DNA from: an uncultured Lachnospiraceae bacterium
GTDB taxonomy: Bacteria; Bacillota; Clostridia; Lachnospirales; Lachnospiraceae
Assembly: GCA_910586725.1 (NCBI GenBank)
Contig: CAJUJL010000006.1
Coordinates: forward strand, 4,477 to 68,476
Direction of reading: 5' to 3'
DNA length: 64,000 nucleotides
Translations under genes and position numbers: made by a program
Part shown: in pieces, positions 39,201 through 48,516 of the stretch
Layout: each line of letters opens with the position of its first letter
Numbering within the stretch: position 1 is the first letter of the stretch
Notes under the pieces: generated by a model
Database searches by the model: none
What the model was told of the DNA's origin: nothing
The model's input: only the letters and a program-made list of their open reading frames with translations

Positions 39201-40351
39201 CTGCCGTTCGTCTGTTTTAAAATCTGTAAGATTGTTCTTGTAGCCCAATATGCGCCCACCGCGTCTTCCGCTTCCGTAACCACATAATTACCGATTGAAA
39301 GCGTGTATCCTTCTTTTCCCAGGCCCTTCCCATCTTCTGAAAAAGCCATATAAAAATCTCCAGCCGAAACGTCTGCCAGGCTGCCGGAAACTGCCGAAAT
39401 CTCTGTTCCCGTAATTTCTTTGTAGTCTTTGGCAAATACATTTGCCACATCCAGAAGCTCTTCGCTTCCTGCAACAATTTTACTGGAATTGCACGCAAGA
39501 AAATCACCTGTTAATCCGTGCCACTCCTGTAACTCCGGAATCACGTCTGGCTTTTCGTTGGCGCCGGATTCTTCCGTATATTTTCCGGGAACGGTGATTG
39601 TGTATTCATCTGTTTTTACGGATGAATCACGCACCGTATCTTTTACTTCGTAAAATCCTTTCACGGTTTTTGTCACCAGAGGCTGGTATATCGTTCCGTC
39701 TTCCCCGATGATCTGTTCATAATCCGCACAAAAACGAACGGCTGCCACATCTGATTCTGGCATGGAAATTTTATTTCCTTCTATTACAGGAGCTGTAATC
39801 TTCGCTGCAATTTCAGAAATATCCGTTATTGCTTCTTCATAAATTTCAAGCTCATAAATAGATGCGCTCGCCCATCCTGACGTCATGTCGTCCGGATCCG
39901 TTGCCAGAATATCTGACATCGTCAATCGAATTTTAGAACCCGTCTGCGCTTCATCTAACACGATAATCTCTTCCAAAGCCGGAGCGTATTGATTCCTTGA
40001 AAAAATACTAGTCCAGTTGTTTCCATCGGATGAAATCTCAATATTGAAGTTCTGCACAGTCCTTCTTTCCCACAGTATGGAAAAGCTTTTAATCGTCTGC
40101 TCTTCTTCCCATGAGAGATTCATGGTAATCGGTCCTGTATTTTGGTTCGAAGCCCACCGTGTGCTTTTGTTCCCATCCGTCGCATCGGATGCCTGTGTGC
40201 CTGACTCCGTATCCGATGCTTCCGTCTGCGCCAAAAGAGCCAGATTTCCTTTTCCTGCCTTTGCTTCACCGGACGGAAGCCAAATGGATCCTGCAATCAC
40301 GCAGAATATAAGAATCCAGGCCCCCATTTTCTTTCGCGTCATTCTTATCAT
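36209..40351 (-). CDS. Secreted multimodular GH20 beta-N-acetylhexosaminidase (CBM32/F5-8, GH20b, GH20, LamG, FIVAR, Lys-rich C-terminal module)
   Basis: Signal peptide; ATDGNKSTRWAS; LDVGRK; PELDMPAH; catalytic HIGTDEY; YTxESVEAL helical repeats. Confidence 0.88.
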   Translation of the reverse strand: MIRMTRKKMGAWILIFCVIAGSIWLPSGEAKAGKGNLALLAQTEASDTESGTQASDATDGNKSTRWASNQNTGPITMNLSWEEEQTIKSFSILWERRTVQNFNIEISSDGNNWTSIFSRNQYAPALEEIIVLDEAQTGSKIRLTMSDILATDPDDMTSGWASASIYELEIYEEAITDISEIAAKITAPVIEGNKISMPESDVAAVRFCADYEQIIGEDGTIYQPLVTKTVKGFYEVKDTVRDSSVKTDEYTITVPGKYTEESGANEKPDVIPELQEWHGLTGDFLACNSSKIVAGSEELLDVANVFAKDYKEITGTEISAVSGSLADVSAGDFYMAFSEDGKGLGKEGYTLSIGNYVVTEAEDAVGAYWATRTILQILKQTNGSIPKGFIRDYPKYEVRAFSLDVGRKGFTLDALYQYAKNMSWYKMNNFQVHLSDNLIFMEDYKNQQTGTDEEKLQKGLQAAKDQAYAGFRLESGVENTGETYPELKGETATSKDLYYTKDEFRQFIKDSRVIGVEIIPELDMPAHALPFTRAFPEYRTKSETGGSHAYTIDELDLENPATTEFAKNIWSDYFTGDDPVFDKDTIIHIGTDEYHGTNSKDPVEIQKGKEAFRKFSDDMIKFVQGEGRTVRMWGSLSNKGGTTPVTSKDVQLNIWSTAYANSKNMFNQGFDLINTLVDGSTSCGGLYIVPSGSGNRGSYGDFLDRQNLYNNWQPNVFAGFHIPAGNDQMLGACFAAWHDNIDTRAAGISQYDSFYRFMDSLPVISAKVWGDVDKEETDFTTFQALADQVGTAPDTNMYAEVDFATNTAADWTFDEELKSDSSVNANNLTKVVNAEQVNGVDGKALQLNGGESYVETPLNQMGSDSVITMKVKMDADANEESSQILCESKDVFGTYGTYAFKASITKNGTSYVGFSREGYDYTFNYTLPKNEWVELSFHGGQDQVALYVNGQRVDNNPTCYEANHPEVSRGTGKVATMMVPIGRIGSNTDSFEGQIEYVKVTGSKEITGEMVTSNDLQNEINQYGDSAASAYTDISWNAFSKALNEAKEVVAHTDSSEQDYTYAYEKLKDAALNLKEKPAGYDQEIESIRTVSNELSQAMKQAEEYLKNSDLYSEETVNQLKNALSAAKEVLLENPNAKAEELSSVLQALKDIKIDGDVNNTEKEQKSEELKSAIAAAEALLQNTAGYTKESVEALQKAINEAKAVIQNPNSSVSQLEAALSVLRSLKLVNDSGNNTNNTGLQDSDTFTVKGSRYQIVSASEKTVKIVKGKDARSVTIDTVSYNNVKYTVVEIADNAFKNCKKKLKTVTVGAGVKVIGKNAFKGCKKLTTVKVKNKSKLTKVGKGAFKSTSKKIRIQLPKNLKKNKRIKNQIKRAGIKKGL

Positions 40352-40441
40352 AGCCTACCTTCTCCTTTCGCTTTGCACATTGCATTTATTATCTTATTAT
40401 ACCGTCATCTTCTGTATCGTTCAAGCAAAATAATAAATTTA

Positions 40442-40471
40442 CGGGGCATTGAAAATTACGCCAATGCCCCG
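40442..40471 (-). terminator. Hairpin/terminator between the GH20 paralogs
   Basis: CGGGGCATTG-10 nt-CAATGCCCCG. Confidence 0.7.
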
Positions 40472-40487
40472 CATGAAATATGACAAA

Positions 40488-43400
40488 TTATTTTATTTTC
40501 TTTATACCGGCGCTTCGAATTTTTTTCTTTAGATTTTTATTCTTTTTCAGGTTCTTCGGCAGCTTAATGCTGATCCCCTTTGCGGTTTGTTTAAATGCGC
40601 CGGCGTTCACCTTCTTTAATTTTGACTTGTTCTGTACAATCACTGTTTTTAACTTTTTACAGTTTTTGAACGCATTTTTGCCAATCACCTGCACATTGGG
40701 GCCAAGCGTAACTTTCTTCAGTTTTTTCTTACAACCGATAAATGCCTTGGCGGAAATTTCAACCACTTTATATTCCGCCCCGTTCACGGAAACCGTATTG
40801 ACAGTAACCGACGGCTTATCTTTTCCTTTTACAAGCTTAACCGTCTTTAAAGCAGCGCTTACTACCTGATATTTCATGCCTCCGGCTTCAAAAGCATCGT
40901 TATCTGAAAGGCCTGACGAAACCGGCTGTACGCTCTTTAATGCCAGCAGTGCCTGACTTAACTCTTCCAGCGACGCCCCTCTTGCGAGAACTTCATTTGC
41001 ACGCTTTACCGCCTCTGCTAATTTAGCAATGGAATCCGCCGTATATGCCGATGGATTTGCAAGCGCCTGATTCGCGTTTGAAATTGCCGCTGTAAGGTCC
41101 TGTCTCTTTTGCTGCATTTCCGCTTCTTTCACCGAAACCAGCTTATTTTGCAGGGAATCCAGCTGTTTTACAATATTCTCATATGTCGCCGCTTCCGCAT
41201 TTCCCAAAACTGCTTTCGCCTGTTCCAATGCTGTCTTAAGCGCCTGTATGGCTTCCGCGGAATACAAATCTGTCCTCTTTGCCTGCTCTTCTATGTCTTT
41301 GATCTTTTCAGACAATTCGGTTGCTTTTGTAGCCGGTTTCGTTTCCAGATTAGCCGCGGCTTTCTCTAACTGTTCGTACGCATACAAATAATCTTCCAAT
41401 GAACTGCCTTCATATGCTCTGATTCTTCTTGCCGTTTCTAACGCGGATGCAAGCATACGAAAACTGGAATCCGTATAAGCATCTTTGTCATAATTTTCAT
41501 ATTTACGGATCATTTCATCCAACTTGGATCCATCAAACGCGATGGGACGGTACAGATTCAATTCAGCAATTGTGCCATGAATTCCGTTATTATCTCCTCC
41601 CGCATTATAAATCAAAAGCGATACGCTCTTTGCTTCAATCGGTTCAAATACGGCCTTTTTTCTGTCATAATTGCTTCCCCACATCTCATGGTCAGCTACC
41701 ATTTCTGTCGTTCCGTCTGCTTTCGTAACCTCAATGCCGTACTCATAAATTCTTCCGTTCTCGCTGTTTTGCCTTGGGAGATAAGTTAATGCATTGATTA
41801 CGGTTGGATTTTTCAATGTGACGGTAAAAGTATGGTGATCGCTCTCTGTAAAGCATTTGTCCGTTCCATTCCATGCGGAATGCCAAAATGTCTCTTCATC
41901 GCCGTCAACTGCCTTTTGCGGAGTCACATCATCTGCCGCAAAGGTACAGGCTTCTACTGTCATTTCGTCATGAGAAACCGCTTCCCCTTCTGTCTCAACT
42001 TCCTGAACGGCGCCTACCGTAACAGATTCAATCTGACCTTTAAAGCTATTTGTCTTGCTTCCAATGCGGCCCATCGGAACCAACATCGTAGCCGTCTTTC
42101 GAATTCCTTCCTGCGCCAGTTTTTCGCTTAATTCCGTAGTCGGATGATTTGCAAAATAAATATCCGGATTATTGTTGGTTGAAATGATATGGGAATTTCC
42201 TTTTTTATCAATCGTCACAGCCAATGTGCCATCTTCATTATAACGTTTATTATCAACCAGTTCTCCATCTACATATAATGCCACATTTTCCTGGCCGCTG
42301 TGAAATTCCAGTTCATGCCATGCATCGTCTTTCGGAAGCTCATATTGAAACGAATAATCGTAGCCTTCTCTTGAAAATCCTACCTTGCCGGTGTTTTTCT
42401 GCACTGCCTTGAATGCATATGTTCCATAAACTCCAAACGCATCCTTGGACTCACATAAAATCTGTTCTTCTTCTCCGGAATCCGCATCCCGTTTTACTTT
42501 CATCCTTAAAACGGCATCCAAACCGATCAGATCCAACTCACCTGGCGTTTCCACATAACTTTCCCCGCCTTTTAAAGAAAGGGATTTTTTACCAGCCGCA
42601 CTTCCGTCCGCCAGTTCTGCATTGACAGTTTTCGTCAAATCAAAGCCGTTTGCACTGGAATCTTTCGTTAAAGTTTCATCAAATGTGTAATTTAAAACGG
42701 TAGACGTAATGTAATCCAACTCTCCGTATATGGAAGTTCCGGGAGCCGTTCCCGTCTTTGCCGCAGCCTGGGTAAATTCTTTGTAATTGCAGTCTCTCGC
42801 ATCTCCCCAGAGTTTTGCTCCGTACACCGGCGCCGCCTTAAAAAACCGGTCAAAGGAGTCATACTGGGATATTCCGTTTCCACGCGTATCCACGCTGTCA
42901 TGCCAGATTGCGTAACAACCGCCTAACATCTGATCGTCTCCGGCTTTCATCGTTAAATTGCCGATGACGTTCGGCTGCCAATCGTTATAAATACTTCCTG
43001 TATTGATATAATCGTTATAATATCCCGCTGCCGGCACGATATAATTCGGTCCCTCCAGCGTATTGATCAAATCAAAGCCCATGTCGTACATGTCTTTGGG
43101 ATTTGCATATCCGGTATTCCAGATATTCAACTGTACGCCTTCCGCTCTTACAGGCGTCGTACCGCTCTTATTGGAAAGGCTCCCCCACATACGGACCGTT
43201 CTGCCGGAATCCTGCACAAACTCGATCATTCTGTCGGAAAAGCTGCGGAAATATTCTATACCCGTCTGACCGGATACGCCATGGTATTCATCCGTTCCGA
43301 CATGAATCGTGGTATTTTGATCAAATATCGGATCATCGCCTTCCAGATATTCATTCCAGATTCCCTTGACAATATCCATGGTCGATTCCCCGTCCGGCTC

Positions 43401-45077
43401 CGCAGCTTCATCCATCTGCGTCAAATCCAGCTCGTCAATCCGGTACCTGCTCCCGGCGCTTCCTCCCGTGGACATAATCTCTGAAAATGCTCTTGTAAAC
43501 GGCAGCGCATGCGCCGGCATATCAAATTCCGGCACGATTTCCACGCCTCTTACCCTGCTCTCCTGTATAAAGGAACGAAAATCATCTTTCGTGTAAAATA
43601 CATCTTCGGAAGTTGCCGTCTTTCCTGTCTTCTGGCTTCTTTTTGTAGATTCCAGACGAAAACCTGCATAGGCTTCACGGATTGCCGTTTCTTCATCCGG
43701 ATAATCTTCAAGGAAAATTAAATTATCGCTGATATGTACCTGAAGGCTGTTTAATTTATACCAGGACATATTTTCGGAAAATTCATAAAGAGCTTCCAAT
43801 GTAAAGGGTTTTCTTCCTACGTCAAGGCTGAATCCACGCACTTCATATTTGGGATAATCCCGAATGAAGCCTTTGGGAATTGTCCCGTTTGACTGTTTTA
43901 AAATCTGTAATATGGTTCTTGTCGCCCAATAGACGCCGGTCGCTGCTTCCGCTTCCACAGACACATATTCATCTACATCAATGGCATAACCTTCCTGATC
44001 AAGGCCTTTCTTTGTCTCTGTAAGGGACAGGTAAATATCGCCTTCTTTTGCCATAGACGACGTGCCCTGCCGCACAGCAATGTCCGCTCCGGTAATTTCT
44101 TTATAATCCTCTTTCAGTTTTTGCGCAACTTCACTTAAACCCGCATTTCCTACGATTATTTTACCGGAAGACGATGCGGCAAATATTCCCGTCTTGCCGT
44201 GCCACTCCTGAAGTTCCGGTATTACAACCGGTTTCAGGTTTAATTTATCATCTGCCGTATACTGTCCCGGAATGAGAACGGCAAATTCCTCAGTCTGCGC
44301 AACCGACCCGTCCGCAAGCGTCACTTCATAAAATCCCTTTACCGTCTTTTCTTCCAAAGGCGCATAGATCGTGCCGTCTTCTGCAATGACCTGTTCATAG
44401 TCTGCGCAAAAGCGGACTTTGGCGCCCGCCGGAAGATCTTTGGGCATGGAAATTTTGCCGTCTCCCTTTTTGACTTCAGCGGGCGGCGAAATGGCATCAG
44501 CCACTTTCTGCGCCTCTGTACGGTTGTCCGGTATTTCATCCTCATATACTTCAATCTCATAAACAGAAGCCGTCTGCCATGATTCCTCGGACGGATTTGC
44601 GCTTGCACTGTTTATTTTGCCGATATACAGCCGCAGATACTGTGCCGTTACCGGATCATCCAGCGTAATAATGTCTTTATTTTTCTCCGGGTAACCGGAA
44701 TTTGACCAAATAGGATCTCCCCAGTTCTGTCCGTCATCTGAAACTTCAAGCCTGTAATTTTCCACATTCCTGCGTTCCCAGTAAATGACAACGTTTTCTA
44801 TTGTCTGTGGGCCATCTTCCCAGTGAAGCTGTATCCAGGAAGGTCCTTCGCCCAGCGCGGACGACCATCTGGATGATCTCTCCGTCAAATTTCCATCGAT
44901 TACTTTTTCCGGACCTAAACTATCCGATTCCCGATTCAGCGCTGTCGCCGTTGCGTTTCCCGCAACATTACCAGATTCCGCTGCCTTGATGCCAACAGAC
45001 GGAAACTGTGCCGTTCCGAGCAACAAAGTAAACGCAAGCATCCAGGAACAAATTTGTTTTATTTTTTTATGCAGCAT
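40488..45077 (-). CDS. Secreted multimodular GH20 beta-N-acetylhexosaminidase, paralog with a second CBM32
   Basis: Same architecture as 36209-40351; HVGTDEY; extra AVDGDEETFWHS...YLPRQ...NGRI (F5/8 type C) domain. Confidence 0.88.
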   Translation of the reverse strand: MLHKKIKQICSWMLAFTLLLGTAQFPSVGIKAAESGNVAGNATATALNRESDSLGPEKVIDGNLTERSSRWSSALGEGPSWIQLHWEDGPQTIENVVIYWERRNVENYRLEVSDDGQNWGDPIWSNSGYPEKNKDIITLDDPVTAQYLRLYIGKINSASANPSEESWQTASVYEIEVYEDEIPDNRTEAQKVADAISPPAEVKKGDGKISMPKDLPAGAKVRFCADYEQVIAEDGTIYAPLEEKTVKGFYEVTLADGSVAQTEEFAVLIPGQYTADDKLNLKPVVIPELQEWHGKTGIFAASSSGKIIVGNAGLSEVAQKLKEDYKEITGADIAVRQGTSSMAKEGDIYLSLTETKKGLDQEGYAIDVDEYVSVEAEAATGVYWATRTILQILKQSNGTIPKGFIRDYPKYEVRGFSLDVGRKPFTLEALYEFSENMSWYKLNSLQVHISDNLIFLEDYPDEETAIREAYAGFRLESTKRSQKTGKTATSEDVFYTKDDFRSFIQESRVRGVEIVPEFDMPAHALPFTRAFSEIMSTGGSAGSRYRIDELDLTQMDEAAEPDGESTMDIVKGIWNEYLEGDDPIFDQNTTIHVGTDEYHGVSGQTGIEYFRSFSDRMIEFVQDSGRTVRMWGSLSNKSGTTPVRAEGVQLNIWNTGYANPKDMYDMGFDLINTLEGPNYIVPAAGYYNDYINTGSIYNDWQPNVIGNLTMKAGDDQMLGGCYAIWHDSVDTRGNGISQYDSFDRFFKAAPVYGAKLWGDARDCNYKEFTQAAAKTGTAPGTSIYGELDYITSTVLNYTFDETLTKDSSANGFDLTKTVNAELADGSAAGKKSLSLKGGESYVETPGELDLIGLDAVLRMKVKRDADSGEEEQILCESKDAFGVYGTYAFKAVQKNTGKVGFSREGYDYSFQYELPKDDAWHELEFHSGQENVALYVDGELVDNKRYNEDGTLAVTIDKKGNSHIISTNNNPDIYFANHPTTELSEKLAQEGIRKTATMLVPMGRIGSKTNSFKGQIESVTVGAVQEVETEGEAVSHDEMTVEACTFAADDVTPQKAVDGDEETFWHSAWNGTDKCFTESDHHTFTVTLKNPTVINALTYLPRQNSENGRIYEYGIEVTKADGTTEMVADHEMWGSNYDRKKAVFEPIEAKSVSLLIYNAGGDNNGIHGTIAELNLYRPIAFDGSKLDEMIRKYENYDKDAYTDSSFRMLASALETARRIRAYEGSSLEDYLYAYEQLEKAAANLETKPATKATELSEKIKDIEEQAKRTDLYSAEAIQALKTALEQAKAVLGNAEAATYENIVKQLDSLQNKLVSVKEAEMQQKRQDLTAAISNANQALANPSAYTADSIAKLAEAVKRANEVLARGASLEELSQALLALKSVQPVSSGLSDNDAFEAGGMKYQVVSAALKTVKLVKGKDKPSVTVNTVSVNGAEYKVVEISAKAFIGCKKKLKKVTLGPNVQVIGKNAFKNCKKLKTVIVQNKSKLKKVNAGAFKQTAKGISIKLPKNLKKNKNLKKKIRSAGIKKIK

Positions 45078-45162
45078 TTCTTCCTCCCCTTTTCTTTTTT
45101 TACCATTATAACTAAAAAAAGAAAATATAACAACTTGATTTTCATAAATTATCTACATATTT

Positions 45163-46023
45163 TTATCCTATCATTTTTCTCAGGTTCATCTTTCTGCTGA
45201 TTTTATCCCCAAACATTTTATTAATTTCTGCACAAAACAACATGACATACATTCCAAAATAAAGCCACAGCATAACAAGCACGATCGTAGCCAGGCTTCC
45301 ATACATGGAAAATCCGTTAAAATATTCCAGGTATACGGATATACCGGCTGAAATGAAATACCAGAATACTGCGCATAATACCGCGCCAGGAAATTGATTC
45401 TTCAACGTCAGTTTGTGCCCCGTAATCGCTTTATTGTTAGGCAGTGTCTTAAATAAAATTGTAAAAACAAAACTAAGACCCAAAAGCATAATCAATCCGC
45501 GAAGACGAAACAGCGCTTCAGTCGCCTGAGCCAGAATCGGCAGATAACCGGACAATACCCCCTGAATGCTGTTTCCAAACACCAAAAGAACAAGAGCCGC
45601 TACGATCGACGCCATAAAAACCAAAGTATACACTACGGCCCAAAAACGCCGGACAAACAGATTTCTTGTCTCATTCACTCCATAGATCATATTAAATCCT
45701 GCCGCCATATGTTGAATTCCTTTTGCCGCGGACCAAATACCCGCAATCGCTGTTATCGATACAATTCCCACTGATTTATTGTAAACTTCATGGATAATTG
45801 AGATCACAAACGGCGCAATATATTCCGGAACAAGGCCGTTGACGTAACGCATCAGCGTCGCCTCCGATACATACGTATATTTTAACAAGGAACTAAGCAC
45901 CATAAAAAACGGAATCAAAGAAAGCAGCAGAAAAAAGGCTGTCTGAGAAGCAAATGCCCCAATATTGTCCTCTCTGCACTTTTTTACAAGCAGCCTGATA
46001 TGTTTTATCCATTTCCAGATCAT
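45163..46023 (-). CDS. YihY/virulence factor BrkB family membrane protein
   Basis: AFFLLLSLIPF and MYGSLATIVLVMLWLY...AEIN motifs. Confidence 0.9.
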   Translation of the reverse strand: MIWKWIKHIRLLVKKCREDNIGAFASQTAFFLLLSLIPFFMVLSSLLKYTYVSEATLMRYVNGLVPEYIAPFVISIIHEVYNKSVGIVSITAIAGIWSAAKGIQHMAAGFNMIYGVNETRNLFVRRFWAVVYTLVFMASIVAALVLLVFGNSIQGVLSGYLPILAQATEALFRLRGLIMLLGLSFVFTILFKTLPNNKAITGHKLTLKNQFPGAVLCAVFWYFISAGISVYLEYFNGFSMYGSLATIVLVMLWLYFGMYVMLFCAEINKMFGDKISRKMNLRKMIG

Positions 46024-48320
46024 TTTACATCTCCGTTTTCAATTTCAATATCTTTGAAGAAGAATTTCAAAATCTCTTCACATTTCTTTCCATTCAAAGC
46101 CATCGCCTGCGCACCATTCTGGCTCATGCCAATCCCGTGCCCATAACCTCCGCCGTTCATTCTGTAAGTTCCGTCTTCCTGTAACACAAGCGTAGTATAT
46201 GCACTGGGCAGAAGCCCCGGTTCTCTTTTGCTTTTGTCTGACAGCGTAAGCTCTGTGACTCCCGCTCCCAGCAAAGATCGAACGTTGTATTCATTGCCGG
46301 CCAATGCCGTGCCGTTTTCATAATCCAGCTGCAGCTGCAGTATAATTCCGCTCTTGTTGCGCTTTGCAATGCTGATTTTTAAAAGCGCGCCAAATCCGCG
46401 CATTGAGTCTGTTTCTTCTCCATTCTGATTGATAAAAGAGATATTTTCCGGCGTCCTGGCTTTTTTCGCGTTTAAGATCTCTTTTATTTTGCTTTGCGTT
46501 TCCTTGGACGAAAAATCAGCGGCTGCAGTCCACCGGAAAAACGGCTTATCTTTTTCATAAGCAGATGGATCCGGCACAGAAATAAACGCTTCAAATGTTT
46601 CTTCATTCGACAAATCAATTTCGCCGCCGCCCTCTTTTACAAGCCCCTTTTTCAGATAGCCATAGCCGGGATCTGCGTCAAGGCCCCACGCTTCCCCGTC
46701 GTCCGTCACTCCTGCAGAAGTCGAAAAATAGTAAGCCTCCGCCGTCTCACCCTGATAACGAATTACCTGCCCGGCCGTATCCAACACGGCCGCATTTGTC
46801 TTCTCATCCCGGTTTTGTTTGTTATAAACCTGGTAATTGGTCGTATCATCCACATGTGCGCCAAACTCTGCATAATCCCCGTGTTCCAGCTGAATATATG
46901 CATAACTTCTGGCGCAGACAGCCTGTGCCTTTAAAGCCTCCAGTTCATAAGAAACCGGCATTTCGCTTGGCACAACGGCGCAAAGATACTGTTCAATCGG
47001 AAGCTCATTTACCACGGCATATCCCTCCGGATATTTTCTTAACTCTATCGTCCCGGTATATCCGTTGGAAATATACTTACCGTCCGCATCGCATAAATAA
47101 AGCATTCCGTTTTTGGATTTCGTTTTAATTCGAACGCTTCCTTCCGTCGAAGCAAGCAGTTTACTGGCCTTAGCAACCGATTTTGCTTTTCTGTTTTTCT
47201 TGCCGTCTTTCGTAATAATACGATAAGGCTCGCTCGCACTGACACGAATTTCATCATGACATTTTTTTCCGTCTTCCGTTAAAAGAAGCACTCGGATTCG
47301 GCTGATTTGCGCCGGTTCAGTCAGCAAAACGGCTTCAATGCAATCCCTGGCGACCACATACTCTGCCTTCATATTTGCGATCACAATGTCAGACAACTCT
47401 TTTTCTTCCGTTGTTCCATATGTTTTATATACCGGGAAATTTTCTGAACGCCTGATTTCACCGTATCCTTCAATTTCTATTGTCGTCTCATTTACAGCGA
47501 TCAAATTGCCCTTGATCGTATCTTCTTTTACCTGGATCTTAGAAATTACGCCGTCTTCCCACACCAGATCACAAACACGATCCCTGATCTCCTTTCCATC
47601 GCCTCCGGTCAAAAAAGTTTGATCTTCTTTGGGGTCTGACGGTGTTTCTGCATCTTTCGTTCCAATCTTTAATTCATACTGCCCTTTATGAAACAAAAAA
47701 GTAATTTTCTCATTTTCCGCACTCTGCACGTAAACATTGGACAAAACGGCGGACTTACTCTTTAGTCTGCTAATTCCAATGATTTTATCCTCTTTTATAT
47801 AAAATTCCGGGGAAGTCATATCCTCCAGAACCGGATCTTCTAATTCACAGGTATAAACCCCCGATGCACACACAATCGTATTGCCATCTTGATTTAAAAT
47901 AACAGCTTCTTCCTTTTTTACGGAAACCTCTTCGTCAAGCAAGTCCAATAACTGTCCATAGATCCCATTCCATTCTTCTCTGGTGAGCGTTTTCGCTTCC
48001 TGATTGCGAAATGAAAAAACCGAACGCTCCGTATCTTCTTGCGTATCGTATGTAATATACTCGGCGCTGGAAGTCTGGTCTAAAATCCATGCAATGGTAT
48101 CCGTTGTGACAACTTCTCCCATCTCTGCCTCTTCCATTTTCTCTTTCCACTCATCTTTTGTATAATAATAGAAGCTAAGCATTGCTGGAAGTTCTTTTGT
48201 CTGCACATATTCTTCAGAATACTCGTATGTTTTCTCATCTCCGGAAGCGCTAAAAAATATAATAAAGAACAGTCCTGCCAATCCCAAAACTGTAATGAAT
48301 AATTTTGTTTTAATTTTCAC
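46020..48320 (-). CDS. SpoIID/LytB domain-containing protein (membrane-anchored lytic transglycosylase-like)
   Basis: VNELPIEQYLCAVVPSEM, EALKAQAVCARSY and GYGHGIGMSQNGA motifs. Real start probably GTG 48320 after TAAGGAG, followed by a TM helix. Confidence 0.88.
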   Translation of the reverse strand: MKIKTKLFITVLGLAGLFFIIFFSASGDEKTYEYSEEYVQTKELPAMLSFYYYTKDEWKEKMEEAEMGEVVTTDTIAWILDQTSSAEYITYDTQEDTERSVFSFRNQEAKTLTREEWNGIYGQLLDLLDEEVSVKKEEAVILNQDGNTIVCASGVYTCELEDPVLEDMTSPEFYIKEDKIIGISRLKSKSAVLSNVYVQSAENEKITFLFHKGQYELKIGTKDAETPSDPKEDQTFLTGGDGKEIRDRVCDLVWEDGVISKIQVKEDTIKGNLIAVNETTIEIEGYGEIRRSENFPVYKTYGTTEEKELSDIVIANMKAEYVVARDCIEAVLLTEPAQISRIRVLLLTEDGKKCHDEIRVSASEPYRIITKDGKKNRKAKSVAKASKLLASTEGSVRIKTKSKNGMLYLCDADGKYISNGYTGTIELRKYPEGYAVVNELPIEQYLCAVVPSEMPVSYELEALKAQAVCARSYAYIQLEHGDYAEFGAHVDDTTNYQVYNKQNRDEKTNAAVLDTAGQVIRYQGETAEAYYFSTSAGVTDDGEAWGLDADPGYGYLKKGLVKEGGGEIDLSNEETFEAFISVPDPSAYEKDKPFFRWTAAADFSSKETQSKIKEILNAKKARTPENISFINQNGEETDSMRGFGALLKISIAKRNKSGIILQLQLDYENGTALAGNEYNVRSLLGAGVTELTLSDKSKREPGLLPSAYTTLVLQEDGTYRMNGGGYGHGIGMSQNGAQAMALNGKKCEEILKFFFKDIEIENGDVK

Positions 48321-48356
48321 GTTATACTCCTTACAATTCAGTCTTTTTGCCATTCG

Positions 48357-48482
48357 GGTATCCCTCTTTGCCTTTCGGCAATAATAAGCAAATACCCTCC
48401 GGGTATCCCTTTTTGCCTTTCGGCAATAATAAGGAAACACCTTACCGGTATCCCTTTTTGCCTTTCGGCAATAATAAGGAAA
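48357..48482. repeat. Three tandem 45-bp-period palindromic repeats
   Basis: 36-bp core GGTATCCCTTTTTGCCTTTCGGCAATAATAAGGAAA at 48357 (2 mismatches), 48402 and 48447; linkers TACCCTCCG and CACCTTACC. Confidence 0.95.
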
Positions 48483-48516
48483 AGAAGCTGCCCAAAAAAA
48501 GCAGCTTCTTTCATTT
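48480..48516. terminator. Terminator-like hairpin, potentially bidirectional
   Basis: AAAGAAGCTGC-9 nt-GCAGCTTCTTT. Confidence 0.75.

Noticed and set aside
48357..48482. CRISPR array (36-bp repeat)
   Set aside because: The linkers are only 9 bp and resemble each other, and there are no cas genes in the window.
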